Shown one piece after another: positions 54,440-64,000 of a stretch of 64,000 nt of DNA. The notes below the pieces were generated by a model, which did no database searches, was not told the DNA's origin, and was given only the letters and a program-made list of their open reading frames with translations. The DNA comes from an uncultured Methanosarcinales archaeon. Its GTDB lineage: Archaea > Halobacteriota > Methanosarcinia > Methanotrichales > Methanotrichaceae. Where the stretch lies: NCBI GenBank assembly GCA_963843555.1, contig CAWJKV010000002.1, positions 224,001-288,000 of the forward strand, written 5' to 3'. A program made the translations under genes and the position numbers. The first letter of the stretch is position 1. Each line of letters opens with the position of its first letter.

Positions 54440-55507
54440 TCAGATCTCCTTGCCCACTCCCAGCATCTTCGAAACCATGGGTGCGTAATCTATCTTGGAG
54501 GCCTTGATCTCAGATAAAGGCATGATCACGAGCATGGGCCTCTCCGTGATCAGTCCCAGGGCGGAGAGATTGCGAAGCTCCAGATCCATGCGGCTCTTCA
54601 GCTCCGGATAGCCTGTGGACAGGAATGCGCCAAAAAGTTCGCCGGGCTGCATATAGCTGAAAAGAGGCGCCCCAATCTTGCGGAAAGCCTGGTAGACCTG
54701 ACTGAGGTCTTCGCGATCATGGCCGTGCCTGATTCGCACGTGATAGAACGACATCAGCTCGCAGCAGATCTTCTGCCAGTCGACATAGGCCTCCCGCGTC
54801 AGTAGACCGCTCTGGAAGAATTTGGTCCGCTTCCCTGAAATAGTGGGCCGGGATATGCCTGTCCTCCTGGAGAGCTCGAGGTCCGAGAGCATGGGATACT
54901 TCACAAAGGCATAAAGCGTCAGCTTGTCCTTCTCGGTGAGCCTTGAGTCTTCCGTTAGTGCCGGCTTGGGCGAAATGATCTCTCTGGGGAGATCCCCTCT
55001 GGCAAGATCGAAGAGGCCGTTCACAGCCAGGGCCGCATCAGCTGAGTAGCTGGAGACCTGGAAGGGATAGTGGAAGTAATGTATGTCCTCCACGAAATCG
55101 CTCCGGTAATATTCGTCGATGATAGGATCGAAGTTCACACGGAAGTCTGTCAGGCTTTTCGAGAAGAACGTAGAGACGGAATCGGTGTCTGTGGCAATGT
55201 GTGAGACGCAGTTGGGGTAGTCGATCCAATTCTGGTAGGATGATGACCCCTTCCTCACCTCAAAGGGCGCGGTTGGACTGTATTTTACGAACACTGAGGT
55301 CAGGATTTCGGCGCCTACAGCTTCTCCGGAAGGCACATTCAACAGCTTAATAAGTTTCCAATCCCTAAACTTTCTTTTGCTCTTGAATATCGTTGACCGA
55401 TCAACGCCTATGTTGGAAGCGAGATCTATGTCACTGAACCCCGGATATCTGGCAAGACCGTAAAGAACTAACCTCTCCTTTGATGTCAATTTTAGCTGCA
55501 TTCGCAT
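54440..55507 (-). CDS. Tandem (duplicated) Lrp/AsnC-like HTH regulator
   Basis: Two repeats: LTSKERLVLY..YP..SD.DLA and LTEKDKLTLY..YP.LSD.ELS. Confidence 0.7.
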   Translation of the reverse strand: MRMQLKLTSKERLVLYGLARYPGFSDIDLASNIGVDRSTIFKSKRKFRDWKLIKLLNVPSGEAVGAEILTSVFVKYSPTAPFEVRKGSSSYQNWIDYPNCVSHIATDTDSVSTFFSKSLTDFRVNFDPIIDEYYRSDFVEDIHYFHYPFQVSSYSADAALAVNGLFDLARGDLPREIISPKPALTEDSRLTEKDKLTLYAFVKYPMLSDLELSRRTGISRPTISGKRTKFFQSGLLTREAYVDWQKICCELMSFYHVRIRHGHDREDLSQVYQAFRKIGAPLFSYMQPGELFGAFLSTGYPELKSRMDLELRNLSALGLITERPMLVIMPLSEIKASKIDYAPMVSKMLGVGKEI

Positions 55508-55609
55508 AACATATAGATGTCTTAAGTATTTATAGGTTGCCTATTCTTAGATTTCCGAATATATCCGTCCTGCATATACAAGGTATCACATGGCCAATTT
55601 TGCCAGAAT

Positions 55610-56257
55610 TTAATCCGTGAGCCCCTTAGCTGCACTCAGCCCGCCACGGGGTGTCCCGGCAGGAAGCTGAACATACATACTTTTGCATACAGAGAATGGA
55701 AAATCATGCCCGGGAACTACGATATCTGCAAGCGCTATAATTTTCTTCATGCTGGAGACGGCCAGGTCACGATCAACATGCAAAGCTGGCGGAATGTTTT
55801 TCTGGAAGTTGCCAAAAGTAGGGAGGGCATCTCCTGCTATTACTATTATTGGAGGCGTCTTTGCAATTTTTACGGCTTGAGATGTGGAACCAACGACGAC
55901 GGAAAGGCTGTCCAGAGTGTGGCCGGGAGTAGCCATTGCCCAAACGCCCGGGCCAATCTTCTTCCTGTCTTGAGGGGCGAGGGCCAGGACCAGGATCTCT
56001 GCCCGGCTAAAGAGGTGGTTGTTGCCGCAGTGATCGGGATGCGAATGGGTATTCACAACAGAGTCGATCTCCTCCGGCGTCAGACGAAGCCCTGCCAACG
56101 CTTTCAGAATATGCTCCTCCTCTCCCTCCAGTCCGGTATCCACTACGATCTTCCGCGACCCACTGATTATAAGCGTCACCGAAGACCGGGCATCCAGGAT
56201 CCTGCCTGACTCATCCCTCAGGATCGAGCCTGGCTTGAGAAGGAAGACTCCGGGCAT
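55610..56257 (-). CDS. MBL-fold metallo-hydrolase
   Basis: VDTG, THSHPDH, TPGHT, AGD, PGH. Confidence 0.9.
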   Translation of the reverse strand: MPGVFLLKPGSILRDESGRILDARSSVTLIISGSRKIVVDTGLEGEEEHILKALAGLRLTPEEIDSVVNTHSHPDHCGNNHLFSRAEILVLALAPQDRKKIGPGVWAMATPGHTLDSLSVVVGSTSQAVKIAKTPPIIVIAGDALPTFGNFQKNIPPALHVDRDLAVSSMKKIIALADIVVPGHDFPFSVCKSMYVQLPAGTPRGGLSAAKGLTD

Positions 56258-56282
56258 ATGATCCTAACTCACGTGCCTTCAA

Positions 56283-57626
56283 TCATGCAAAGTAGCGCTT
56301 TTGCAGCTTCTCGTTCAGCCTTTCCACCTGCAAAACCGCCGTGCCGATGTACTGGTGCGGATCGAGCAATGCCTCGATCTCCTCTGGCTTGAGATGCTTC
56401 ATGACAGTCTCATTTTCCAAGAGCACATCAGCCAGCTCTAGCCTCTGCTCGAAGGCTGTCATGCTGCTCTGGCGCATTATCTCATGAGCCTGCTGGCGGC
56501 CCACGCCCTTCTTGGCCAGCTCTACCATCACGTTCTCGGCCATATTCAGGCCGTGCAGAAGGGTAAGATTGCGTTCGATGTTATCCGGCCGCAGTCGCAT
56601 GTTGGCCAAGGTGCGCGTGGCCAGGGTGATGAGATGGTCGGTGAAGATGAAGGCTTCAGGGAAGACGATGCGCTCGCAGCTGCTGTTGGTCAGGTCGCGC
56701 TCATCCCAGAGGGGGATGTTCTCAAAGGCAGGAAGCAACTGCGCCCGCACCACGCGGGCCAGGCCACAGATCTGCTCAGATTTGATCGGATTCCTCTTAT
56801 GAGGCATGGTAGAGGAGCCAACCTGTTTTTTGCCGAAACCCTCCTCGACCTCGGCGATCTCCGTGCGCTGCAGAGTTCTCATCACGACGAATATCTTGTC
56901 CAGAGTGGATGCCACGAGCGCCATCCAGCAGACCATCTCAGCATGCCGGTCGCGCTGCACCACCTGATTGGAGACGTCTACTTCAGTGAGCCCAAGGTGG
57001 CGCATGACCCGTGTTTGGATCTCCATGCCGTTCATTCCAAATGCTGCCTGGGTGCCCACAGCGCCGCTCACTTTGCCTACGGCCGCGCGGGGCCGCAGCT
57101 CTAAAAGCCGTTCGATGTGGCGCGCAATCTCCGACGCCCAGATGGCGAATCTCAGGCCGTAGGTGGTGGGCACTGCAATCTGGCCGTGGGTCCTGCCGGC
57201 GCAGACCAGATTCCGATTCTGCATGGCCAGGTCGAGGAGCAGTGCCAGCAAGGCCTTCAGCTTGGGCTCGAGAACGTCCAGAGAGGCCTTAATTTGTAAA
57301 CCCGTCGCCGTATCCAGGATATCGTTGGAGGTCGCACCCAGATGGATCCACTCGCCATATTTGGGGCTCTCCTCAGCCATGGCCAGAACCGTGGCCATCA
57401 TGTCGTGGCCGATCTCGTCCTCGATCTGCTTGGCTCTTTCAGGACGGGTGGTCTCTGCCGCTTTGGCTATTTCTGCAGCAGCGCCCTTGGGGATCATGCC
57501 CAGCTCTTCTTCGGCCAAAGATAAGGCAGCCTCCACCCGGAAGAGACAGCGCAGCCGAAAATCCTCTTCCCAGATAGCCTTCATCTCCTTGGTGCCGTAC
57601 CTGAACTCGATTGGATGAATAGACAT
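56283..57626 (-). CDS. purB: Adenylosuccinate lyase
   Basis: HLGATSND, GRTHGQ, GAVGT, GSSTMPHKRNP. Confidence 0.96.
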   Translation of the reverse strand: MSIHPIEFRYGTKEMKAIWEEDFRLRCLFRVEAALSLAEEELGMIPKGAAAEIAKAAETTRPERAKQIEDEIGHDMMATVLAMAEESPKYGEWIHLGATSNDILDTATGLQIKASLDVLEPKLKALLALLLDLAMQNRNLVCAGRTHGQIAVPTTYGLRFAIWASEIARHIERLLELRPRAAVGKVSGAVGTQAAFGMNGMEIQTRVMRHLGLTEVDVSNQVVQRDRHAEMVCWMALVASTLDKIFVVMRTLQRTEIAEVEEGFGKKQVGSSTMPHKRNPIKSEQICGLARVVRAQLLPAFENIPLWDERDLTNSSCERIVFPEAFIFTDHLITLATRTLANMRLRPDNIERNLTLLHGLNMAENVMVELAKKGVGRQQAHEIMRQSSMTAFEQRLELADVLLENETVMKHLKPEEIEALLDPHQYIGTAVLQVERLNEKLQKRYFA

Positions 57627-57758
57627 GTTTGAGTGGATGTGCGAGGGGATTGATGGAACTTTTGGTTGAAGGAAGACATGCAGCAGCCACAACCAAGTCC
57701 ATTCACATGAAACTTTTCAGAAAAGAAAGCCGGCAATAATTGTAAGATTATGAAATAA

Positions 57759-58392
57759 TTAATGTAATATCTTCAACACTATATCATTTATTCCAAGCAA
57801 AAATGCACTTAAACTAGGTGACTTTGGATCATTGAGGTCCAAGTAGGGGGAAATTCGCTTAGCCCACTCGAACTTGTCAGCACCTATGCAATCTTCTGGC
57901 TTTCTTCCTAGAGCTTTAGCTAGATTTTCCCACGCGCCAATTATGCTATCAGGAGGTGATTTCGGAATTTTGTTTAAATCTACTTTGGGATAAGCTCTCT
58001 TAATCGCGGAGAGAATCTGCGATGAACCACGATTCAGTTTCTTCAACTGCAATCCTAAATAGAACGCAAGATGGTTTCGAATCAATTTTTCGATAAACAT
58101 CGATTAAGTCTGATTTTAGATCTCTGCAGTTATCATCGTCTGCATCAACTAAAACGACTACGCAGCAGGGAACAGGCAGTTTCCCGAAACCTCTGAGCTT
58201 TGCCGGAAGCTGATCAAGCAAACCTCTATTCCGAGGATTCGGCTTAGAAAAGATATTTTCTGGAAGTTTACCTTTCCCTCTATGAGAATGGATTCTAAAA
58301 TTTATATCCTCCACTAAATTAAATCTGCGTTCCAGGATCTCTCTAACTGCCGGTACATCTGCGCCCCCTTCAACCAGAACTTCCATAAACAT
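57759..58392 (-). CDS. DUF4276-like (TOPRIM-fold) protein (frameshifted)
   Basis: VLVEG..D, LLDQLP..LRG, VLVDAD..C, IAVEETESWF, SPS. Confidence 0.75.
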
Positions 58393-59618
58393 TAGGGCTT
58401 CCCCTTCCAAAATGATTGCTATACCATAAACTTCCCATTGTGATGCCCTCAGCGTACAATTCCCTAATGCCAGGAATATCTGCGGCTAAAGTCGCCGTAC
58501 TGAAACCATCTTCCCCTTTTTCTAATATCCATACCTCGTCGGGTGTTAGAGCATCTACAAAATACGGAGAATGAGTCGTAACTACAATTTGTGGACCCCC
58601 TCTCTCATTATATGCATATTGCTTCATTATCTACTGCGAGAGGTTCCAGCAATTGGTGATGCAAGCCATTTTCCGGCTCTTCTATGCCAATCAATGGCGC
58701 CGGATCAGGATCTTCAAGCAGCAATAAATAGGCAAACATTTTAAGAGTGCCATCAGACATATCGAGTTGATAAAATGGATCTTCGTAACCGTGTTCATTA
58801 AATTGCAGGAGCAATCTTCCATCTTTCTGCCGCTCATGCGTAATTTTGTATATTCCTGGAATTTTTTTAGATATACTCGCTAAGACTTGAGCAAATCGCT
58901 TCGGGTGTTGCCGCTCTATAAATTGCACATAATTGGCTAAATTGTCTCCTTTGCGATTCAAGTGCTTTTGAGCACCAGTCATAGGCAAGCCGCGCGCAAG
59001 ATCTGGAACAAAATAGGAGAGATACCAACTCTCTAAAAATTGACGAAAAGCTACAATCCGTGGGTGATCTGCTAGATTCCCAAGTGTAGTAATGCCTAAA
59101 CGTTGTCTGTCCTCTAATTTTACCTCAATTTTCTTATTTCCTTCTTCGTTTTCAGTGGCTTCACCAGCCCATGCGAAGCCTTCTCCCCTTGTCATTTCCA
59201 GAAATGAGTATGACTGACCCCTGGATTGACCTTTTCGTCGTTGTCTCAAACGCTCATAGGCTACAAATGGACGCCCATCATTTCCCAAGTCCATGTGCAG
59301 AGAATAACTTATTGGGCGACTGTTCTTCTCTTGCCTGTAATATATTTCAAATTTCATCGGTTCTTTCGTGCCTTTTGTACGAAGACGTTCAAATCCACCA
59401 CGATGAGGCAAATCGCAGGCTTCTTCCACTCCAAATTGTAAACAGTCTCCTATAAAGCCTAGAGCATCCATTAGAGAGGACTTGCCAGAACCATTTGGCC
59501 CAATGAAAGTCATCAAACGTGGCAAAGGTTTGCTTCCTTGATTCTCAAAAGTCCTGCCGATGGACAAATCCTTTAACGCCCTATAGTTCTGAACATGCAT
59601 CCCTTCAATGAGCGCCAT
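58370..59618 (-). CDS. AAA_21/ABC-type ATPase (frameshift near 58630)
   Basis: GPNGSGKS, MSDGT signature, IEEPENGLH, TTHSP. Confidence 0.9.
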
Positions 59619-59839
59619 TTAACTTCTCCTAGAACTGAACAATTCGGATCTTATCTTATCCTTGTGGACTATCTAATAACTTCTAATAAGGTATATATTT
59701 CGTTTTGCATTCTACACTTGAATTCCAGCTATAACCTGGCTTTGGCCTTGTTGAACTCTCTTGATGACGGCGCACGATCTGTAATTGAAGGACCGGATTT
59801 AAGTCCATTGGCTCTTTTTTCTCTCGCGGTAAGTCAGCT

Positions 59840-60120
59840 CGGCGATGTTGCCCTCAGGATGGATTCCATCGCGATTCCTCTTTCTGCTGGGCTCTTTCCG
59901 TGCGGATGGCCTCCACAACGACGGCTATCTTTGGAGCTGCTCCCTTTGGGATCGTGCCCAGTCCCTCTTCTGCCTAAGAAAGGGCAACTTCCACCGCACC
60001 GGGAAATCCTCTTCCCAGATGGCCTTCATCTCCTTGGTCCAGTACCGAATTCGATGGGATGAATAGACATGTTTATGAGGATAAAGCAGGGGATTGATGG
60101 AACTTTTTATCTGGAGGAAG
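59840..60120 (-). pseudogene. Degenerate copy of purB 5' end and upstream region
   Basis: AAATCCTCTTCCCAGAT.GCCTTCATCTCCTTGGT...GGATGAATAGACATGTTT...GGGGATTGATGGAACTTTT matches 57559-57675. Confidence 0.88.
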
Positions 60121-60232
60121 GGACGCCAACCTCTGCCTCGAAAATTCATTTTAATTTTAACTGAATATACCAGGTTCCGGCTTATTTCTTTGAATCAAGG
60201 CAAGCGAGGATTGCGGTAATCAGCCAAAGTTC

Positions 60233-60481
60233 TTACATGAACCGCCAGCAGTCAAATATTCGAGATTCAAAGCTCCAGTAGTTGTTATAAACTCCCTGGT
60301 TTGGATCGAAATTCGAACCCAAAACGATAGCGCCTGTTTCATGAGGGTTTAGGTTCCCGATAAGGCCATGACCGACATGAATTGGTGCCGGATGAGAGGC
60401 ACCAATCATAATTTCATCTTCCGCCGATGCCACCGAGAACAGATACATCGCAAAGATTGATAAAATGATTAATATTTTCAT
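60233..60481 (-). CDS. Small exported hypothetical protein
   Basis: Signal peptide MKILIILSIFAMYLFSVASA. Confidence 0.55.
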   Translation of the reverse strand: MKILIILSIFAMYLFSVASAEDEIMIGASHPAPIHVGHGLIGNLNPHETGAIVLGSNFDPNQGVYNNYWSFESRIFDCWRFM

Positions 60482-60819
60482 CGTAATCCCTCACGTAACC
60501 CTTTCAACTCGCCGGATGAATGATTCATCCTTGAGCCCGGAAATGGCAAGATATAACCACCACGCAAGCAGACCGAATACTGTAGCCAATGAAATTATGA
60601 TGTAAATGTCCATAACCACCCCTGCCATTCGATTTCGGTGATCGTCAGGAATTTTTATATGTGCAACTTGCACGTCTATAAATTAAAGATCTATGGCACA
60701 AAATATGTGTATATAGCACAAAGTGTGAAAAATAAATTTTATCAAATGTTATTGCAAGTAATTTTATAGAGTTAGGATACGCCATTATCCCAGAGTCAAA
60801 TATTTTATTTATTTTATTC

Positions 60820-60849
60820 GAATACCCCGCAGCTTGCATCGGGGTGTTC
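60820..60849. repeat. Stand-alone palindrome GAATACCCCGCAGCTTGCATCGGGGTGTTC
   Basis: Hairpin with ACCCC/GGGGT stem in AT-rich intergenic DNA. Confidence 0.55.
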
Positions 60850-61026
60850 CGCCGTCGTTTGACATTTGTGTCATACGATACAACCTTCTCAAACCAGCAC
60901 AAAGCCTTTCCTGCAGAGCGAATAGAATCAATAATCTGCGTCAGAGGCTCACGGGTTCAAAGCCAATTATAAAAATATTCTATGACTCTGCATCATTCAT
61001 GAGCCCACATTCCACTCCCGAATTAA

Positions 61027-63772
61027 CTATACTTTGAGACTATACTTCTCCAGGACCCTCGCTAGCTCTTCAACCTTCAAAGGCTTGCTGATGTAGTCAT
61101 CCATGCCAGCTTCAATAAACGTATTCCGGTCGCCTTCCAGAGCATAGGCAGTGACGGCTATTATTTTTGGTCTTTTATCAGGCCATCGCTGTTGAACGAT
61201 CCGAGTGGCTTCCAGCCCATCCATCTCAGGCATGCGGACATCCATCAGCACAAGATCATAAGCCTGGCGTTCCAGAGCCTGGCACACCTCAATACCATTA
61301 GCTGCCACATCTGCCCTGTATCCCAAACGCTTGAGCATCTGCAAGGCTACTTTCTGGCTTGATACATTATCTTCAGCCAAAAGTATCTTCATTGGATTGA
61401 TCTGGGCTTCCTCGTGGACTTTGCTTATATGTGCCGACTCCCGGGCCTCCTGTTGAAAGATGATGTTCATCAGGACTTTGAGCAAACGAGAGGGCTTAAT
61501 GGGCTTGAACAGGTAGGCATCGAATAAATCAGGGTCGACACGCTGACCAATAGTTGTTAACACGACCAGTGGCATTGTCTTATCATATTTTCTGATTTTC
61601 CTCGCCAGAGTCACGCTGTCCATCTCAGGCATATTGATGTCCAGTATGGCAAGATCAAATGTGTCTCCTCGTTCTATCCAGGCGAGAGCATCTTTGCCTG
61701 ATGCTGCAATAAGGGGCGCCATCCCCCAGGAATAAGCGTAACCTCCCAGGATGTGGCGGTTGGTCCGGCTATCATCAGCTATCAGCACGCTCTTGCCTAC
61801 CAGCCTGGGCTGAACTCCTGCAAGTATTTTTTGTCTATGCGGTGCAATCGAGGCTCGGATTGTGAAATGGAAGGTCGAACCGATGCCTGCCTCGCTCTCC
61901 ACCCAAATCCTGCCCCCCATCAGCTCCACAAGTTTGCGGCTTATGGCCAGACCAAGGCCTATTCCTCCGTACTTGCAGGTCACAGTCTCATCGACCTGAG
62001 CAAAGGGCTGGAATAGACGGTTCATAAGCTCCGGTTTAATCCCAATTCCAGTATCCTGAACAGCGAAATGAATCTCATGGGTGCCATTGAGTTCCTGGCC
62101 TGAGACTGTCAGCTTGACCTCCCCGTGTCCTGTAAATTTTACGGCATTATTCAGCAGATTGCCCAGAATCTGTCGCAGACGGGTCGGATCCCCGATGATG
62201 AACTCAGGAACATCTTTATTGAAGGTATATGCCAGGTTTAGCCCCTTCATGGCTGCACTTGCAGATACCAGGTCGAGTGCTTCCTCAACATTGCATCGCA
62301 ACTCAAAGGGTTGCTCCTCCAGCACGGCATCTTCTCGCTCCATCTTCGAAAAGTCAAGGATATCGTTGATTATGACCATCAACGCATCCCCATTGACTCT
62401 GATGGTTTCTATGAATTCCTTCTGTTCTGGGGTCAGATCCTCATCATCCAGGAGAATCGAAGTCATGCCGATGACGGCATTCATGGGTGTGCGGATCTCG
62501 TGGCTCATATTCGCCATGAAATCTGATTTGGCCTGGGCTGCAGCTTCAGCCGCTTCCTTTGCCCTCAAAAGCTCATGTTCGATCCGCTTGCTCTCGGTAA
62601 TGTCCCGGCCAACTCCGATAATGGCGATAACATTCTTTTGACTGTCAAGCACCGACTTGTCTGCCCAGGCAAGCCAGCGCCAGCCATCTTTTGTCATGGC
62701 TCTCTGTTCAACATAGCAGGTGTAAGGCGGCCTGTAGAGCTTTTCCATTTCCCTTGCCGTCATTTCTCTATCGTCTTCAAAAACGAGAGGCATAAACGTC
62801 CGGCCCAGCAGCTCCTCTTCTGTCTTTCCGAACAGATCGCAATAAGTCGGGCTGACAAAGAGGAACCTGCCTTCGGTATCTACTTTGACGACCAGGTCCG
62901 TCTGACCCTCAACCAGGAGCCTGTACTTTTCCTCACTCTCCCGAAGATTATCCTCAATTCGCTTGTGCTCAGTAATGTCCAGAATAACCCCCACAAGCCC
63001 GGACAACTCATTGTTGCCATTGGCGTAGGTTGACTTGTTGAAGATAACATCATGCCGTGTTCCATCAGCGTACCTTATTGAAGACTCATAGACCTGAACT
63101 CCGGGGTTATTGAATAGTGCTCGGTCCATCTCTCTGTATTTATCCGCCAGATCCTGAGGAAATATATCATGCACCGATTTTCCTACTATCTCATCTTTGC
63201 GTTTGCCCAAATACTTCTCGTAGGCCGAATTGCAGCCCCGAAATATTCCGTCAATACCTTTGTAAAAAATTGGACTGGGAATAGCGTTGATCAAATGCTG
63301 GAGGAAACGCAGGTTCTCATAAAGGGCTATTTCTGCTGTCTTGCGTTTCGTAATGTCGCGTATCGATTCTATGGCGCCTGCCAGATTACCCTCGCTATCA
63401 TAGATGGGCGAGGCCTTGCCCCAGAGATAGATCCCATCTGGCTTAAAGGATGGTATGTAAGTCTCAGCTACAACGACCTCACCTTCTCTTTGCCATGAGT
63501 AATACGCCAACACGTCCTGATTGGCCGGCTGCAGGACCAGATCGATTAACAGTCGGCCTTCTAATTCCGTAAAATGGTAAGGCATATTCGTGATCGCCTT
63601 TGCCCAGAATCTCTTCAGCCTCGACTCCAGTTAAGACTTCCATTGCCCGGTTCCAGGCGATTACCAGGCCTTCCTTGTCTATAACGAAGGTTGCATCAGG
63701 AAAGAAGTCGATTATATCAGCCAAACATTGCTCTGAGTTCTTGATAACGAGTCCCGTTGCTTTTGCCAACAA
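61027..63772 (-). CDS. Multi-PAS hybrid histidine kinase with two REC domains (frameshift near 63550)
   Basis: Three PAS domains, [18 protein letters not shown], HATPase, REC x2. Confidence 0.9.
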
Positions 63773-64000
63773 CCTGCACCCACCTTATCCCAGTTAAATA
63801 TTTGAAGATCTCATTAAAAAGGTTTGGGCCCAAAAGGTATCTCAGTCTCAGTACTTCTTGATATGAGGAATGATTCAAGCAGGGACAAATCCCCTGCAAC
63901 AGAACCTCACTGCAATGTCCTTCTTCTAATATATTTTCTATCAAATGGCTCGATTCCCAAATCCCTCTCATCCAGGCATCTCCAGTTTTTATCTATTTTC

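Noticed and set aside
181..63498. Numerous long antisense ORFs in the track (e.g. 181-915, 45688-46527, 46683-47360)
   Set aside because: Shadows of well-supported genes on the opposite strand

Overview
Chromosomal segment of a methanogenic archaeon, most likely Methanothrix/Methanotrichaceae. This is inferred from DGGGP synthase, EF-1beta, archaeal DtdA, HARP, an NrpRII-like gene, an MfnE-like kinase, an F420-type reductase and many PAS hybrid kinases. The intact backbone includes polX, msrAB, aroA, queE, gltX, purB, tRNA-Gly(CCC) and tRNA-Ala(CGC). Accessory patches interrupt it: (i) a tandemly duplicated hybrid kinase around a CheB/CheR fusion (1-7.4 kb); (ii) a 22-32 kb island of toxin-antitoxin cassettes, IS200, PhzF, a cyclase fragment, a REase-NACHT gene, AlkZ and HicAB, punctuated by a conserved GC-rich palindromic repeat; (iii) a 47.4-52 kb mosaic with an IS1-family element, a pentapeptide/TIR-like gene and CHAT and DGGGP-synthase relics; (iv) an ABC-ATPase + DUF4276 pair upstream of purB. 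The most unusual signals are the repeat-delimited cassette array and a recurring pattern of diverged partial copies of neighbouring genes at insert boundaries. Many accessory genes are frameshifted, and assembly error cannot be told from real decay here. No CRISPR array or rRNA was seen. All family calls are by-eye motif recognition, not database hits.
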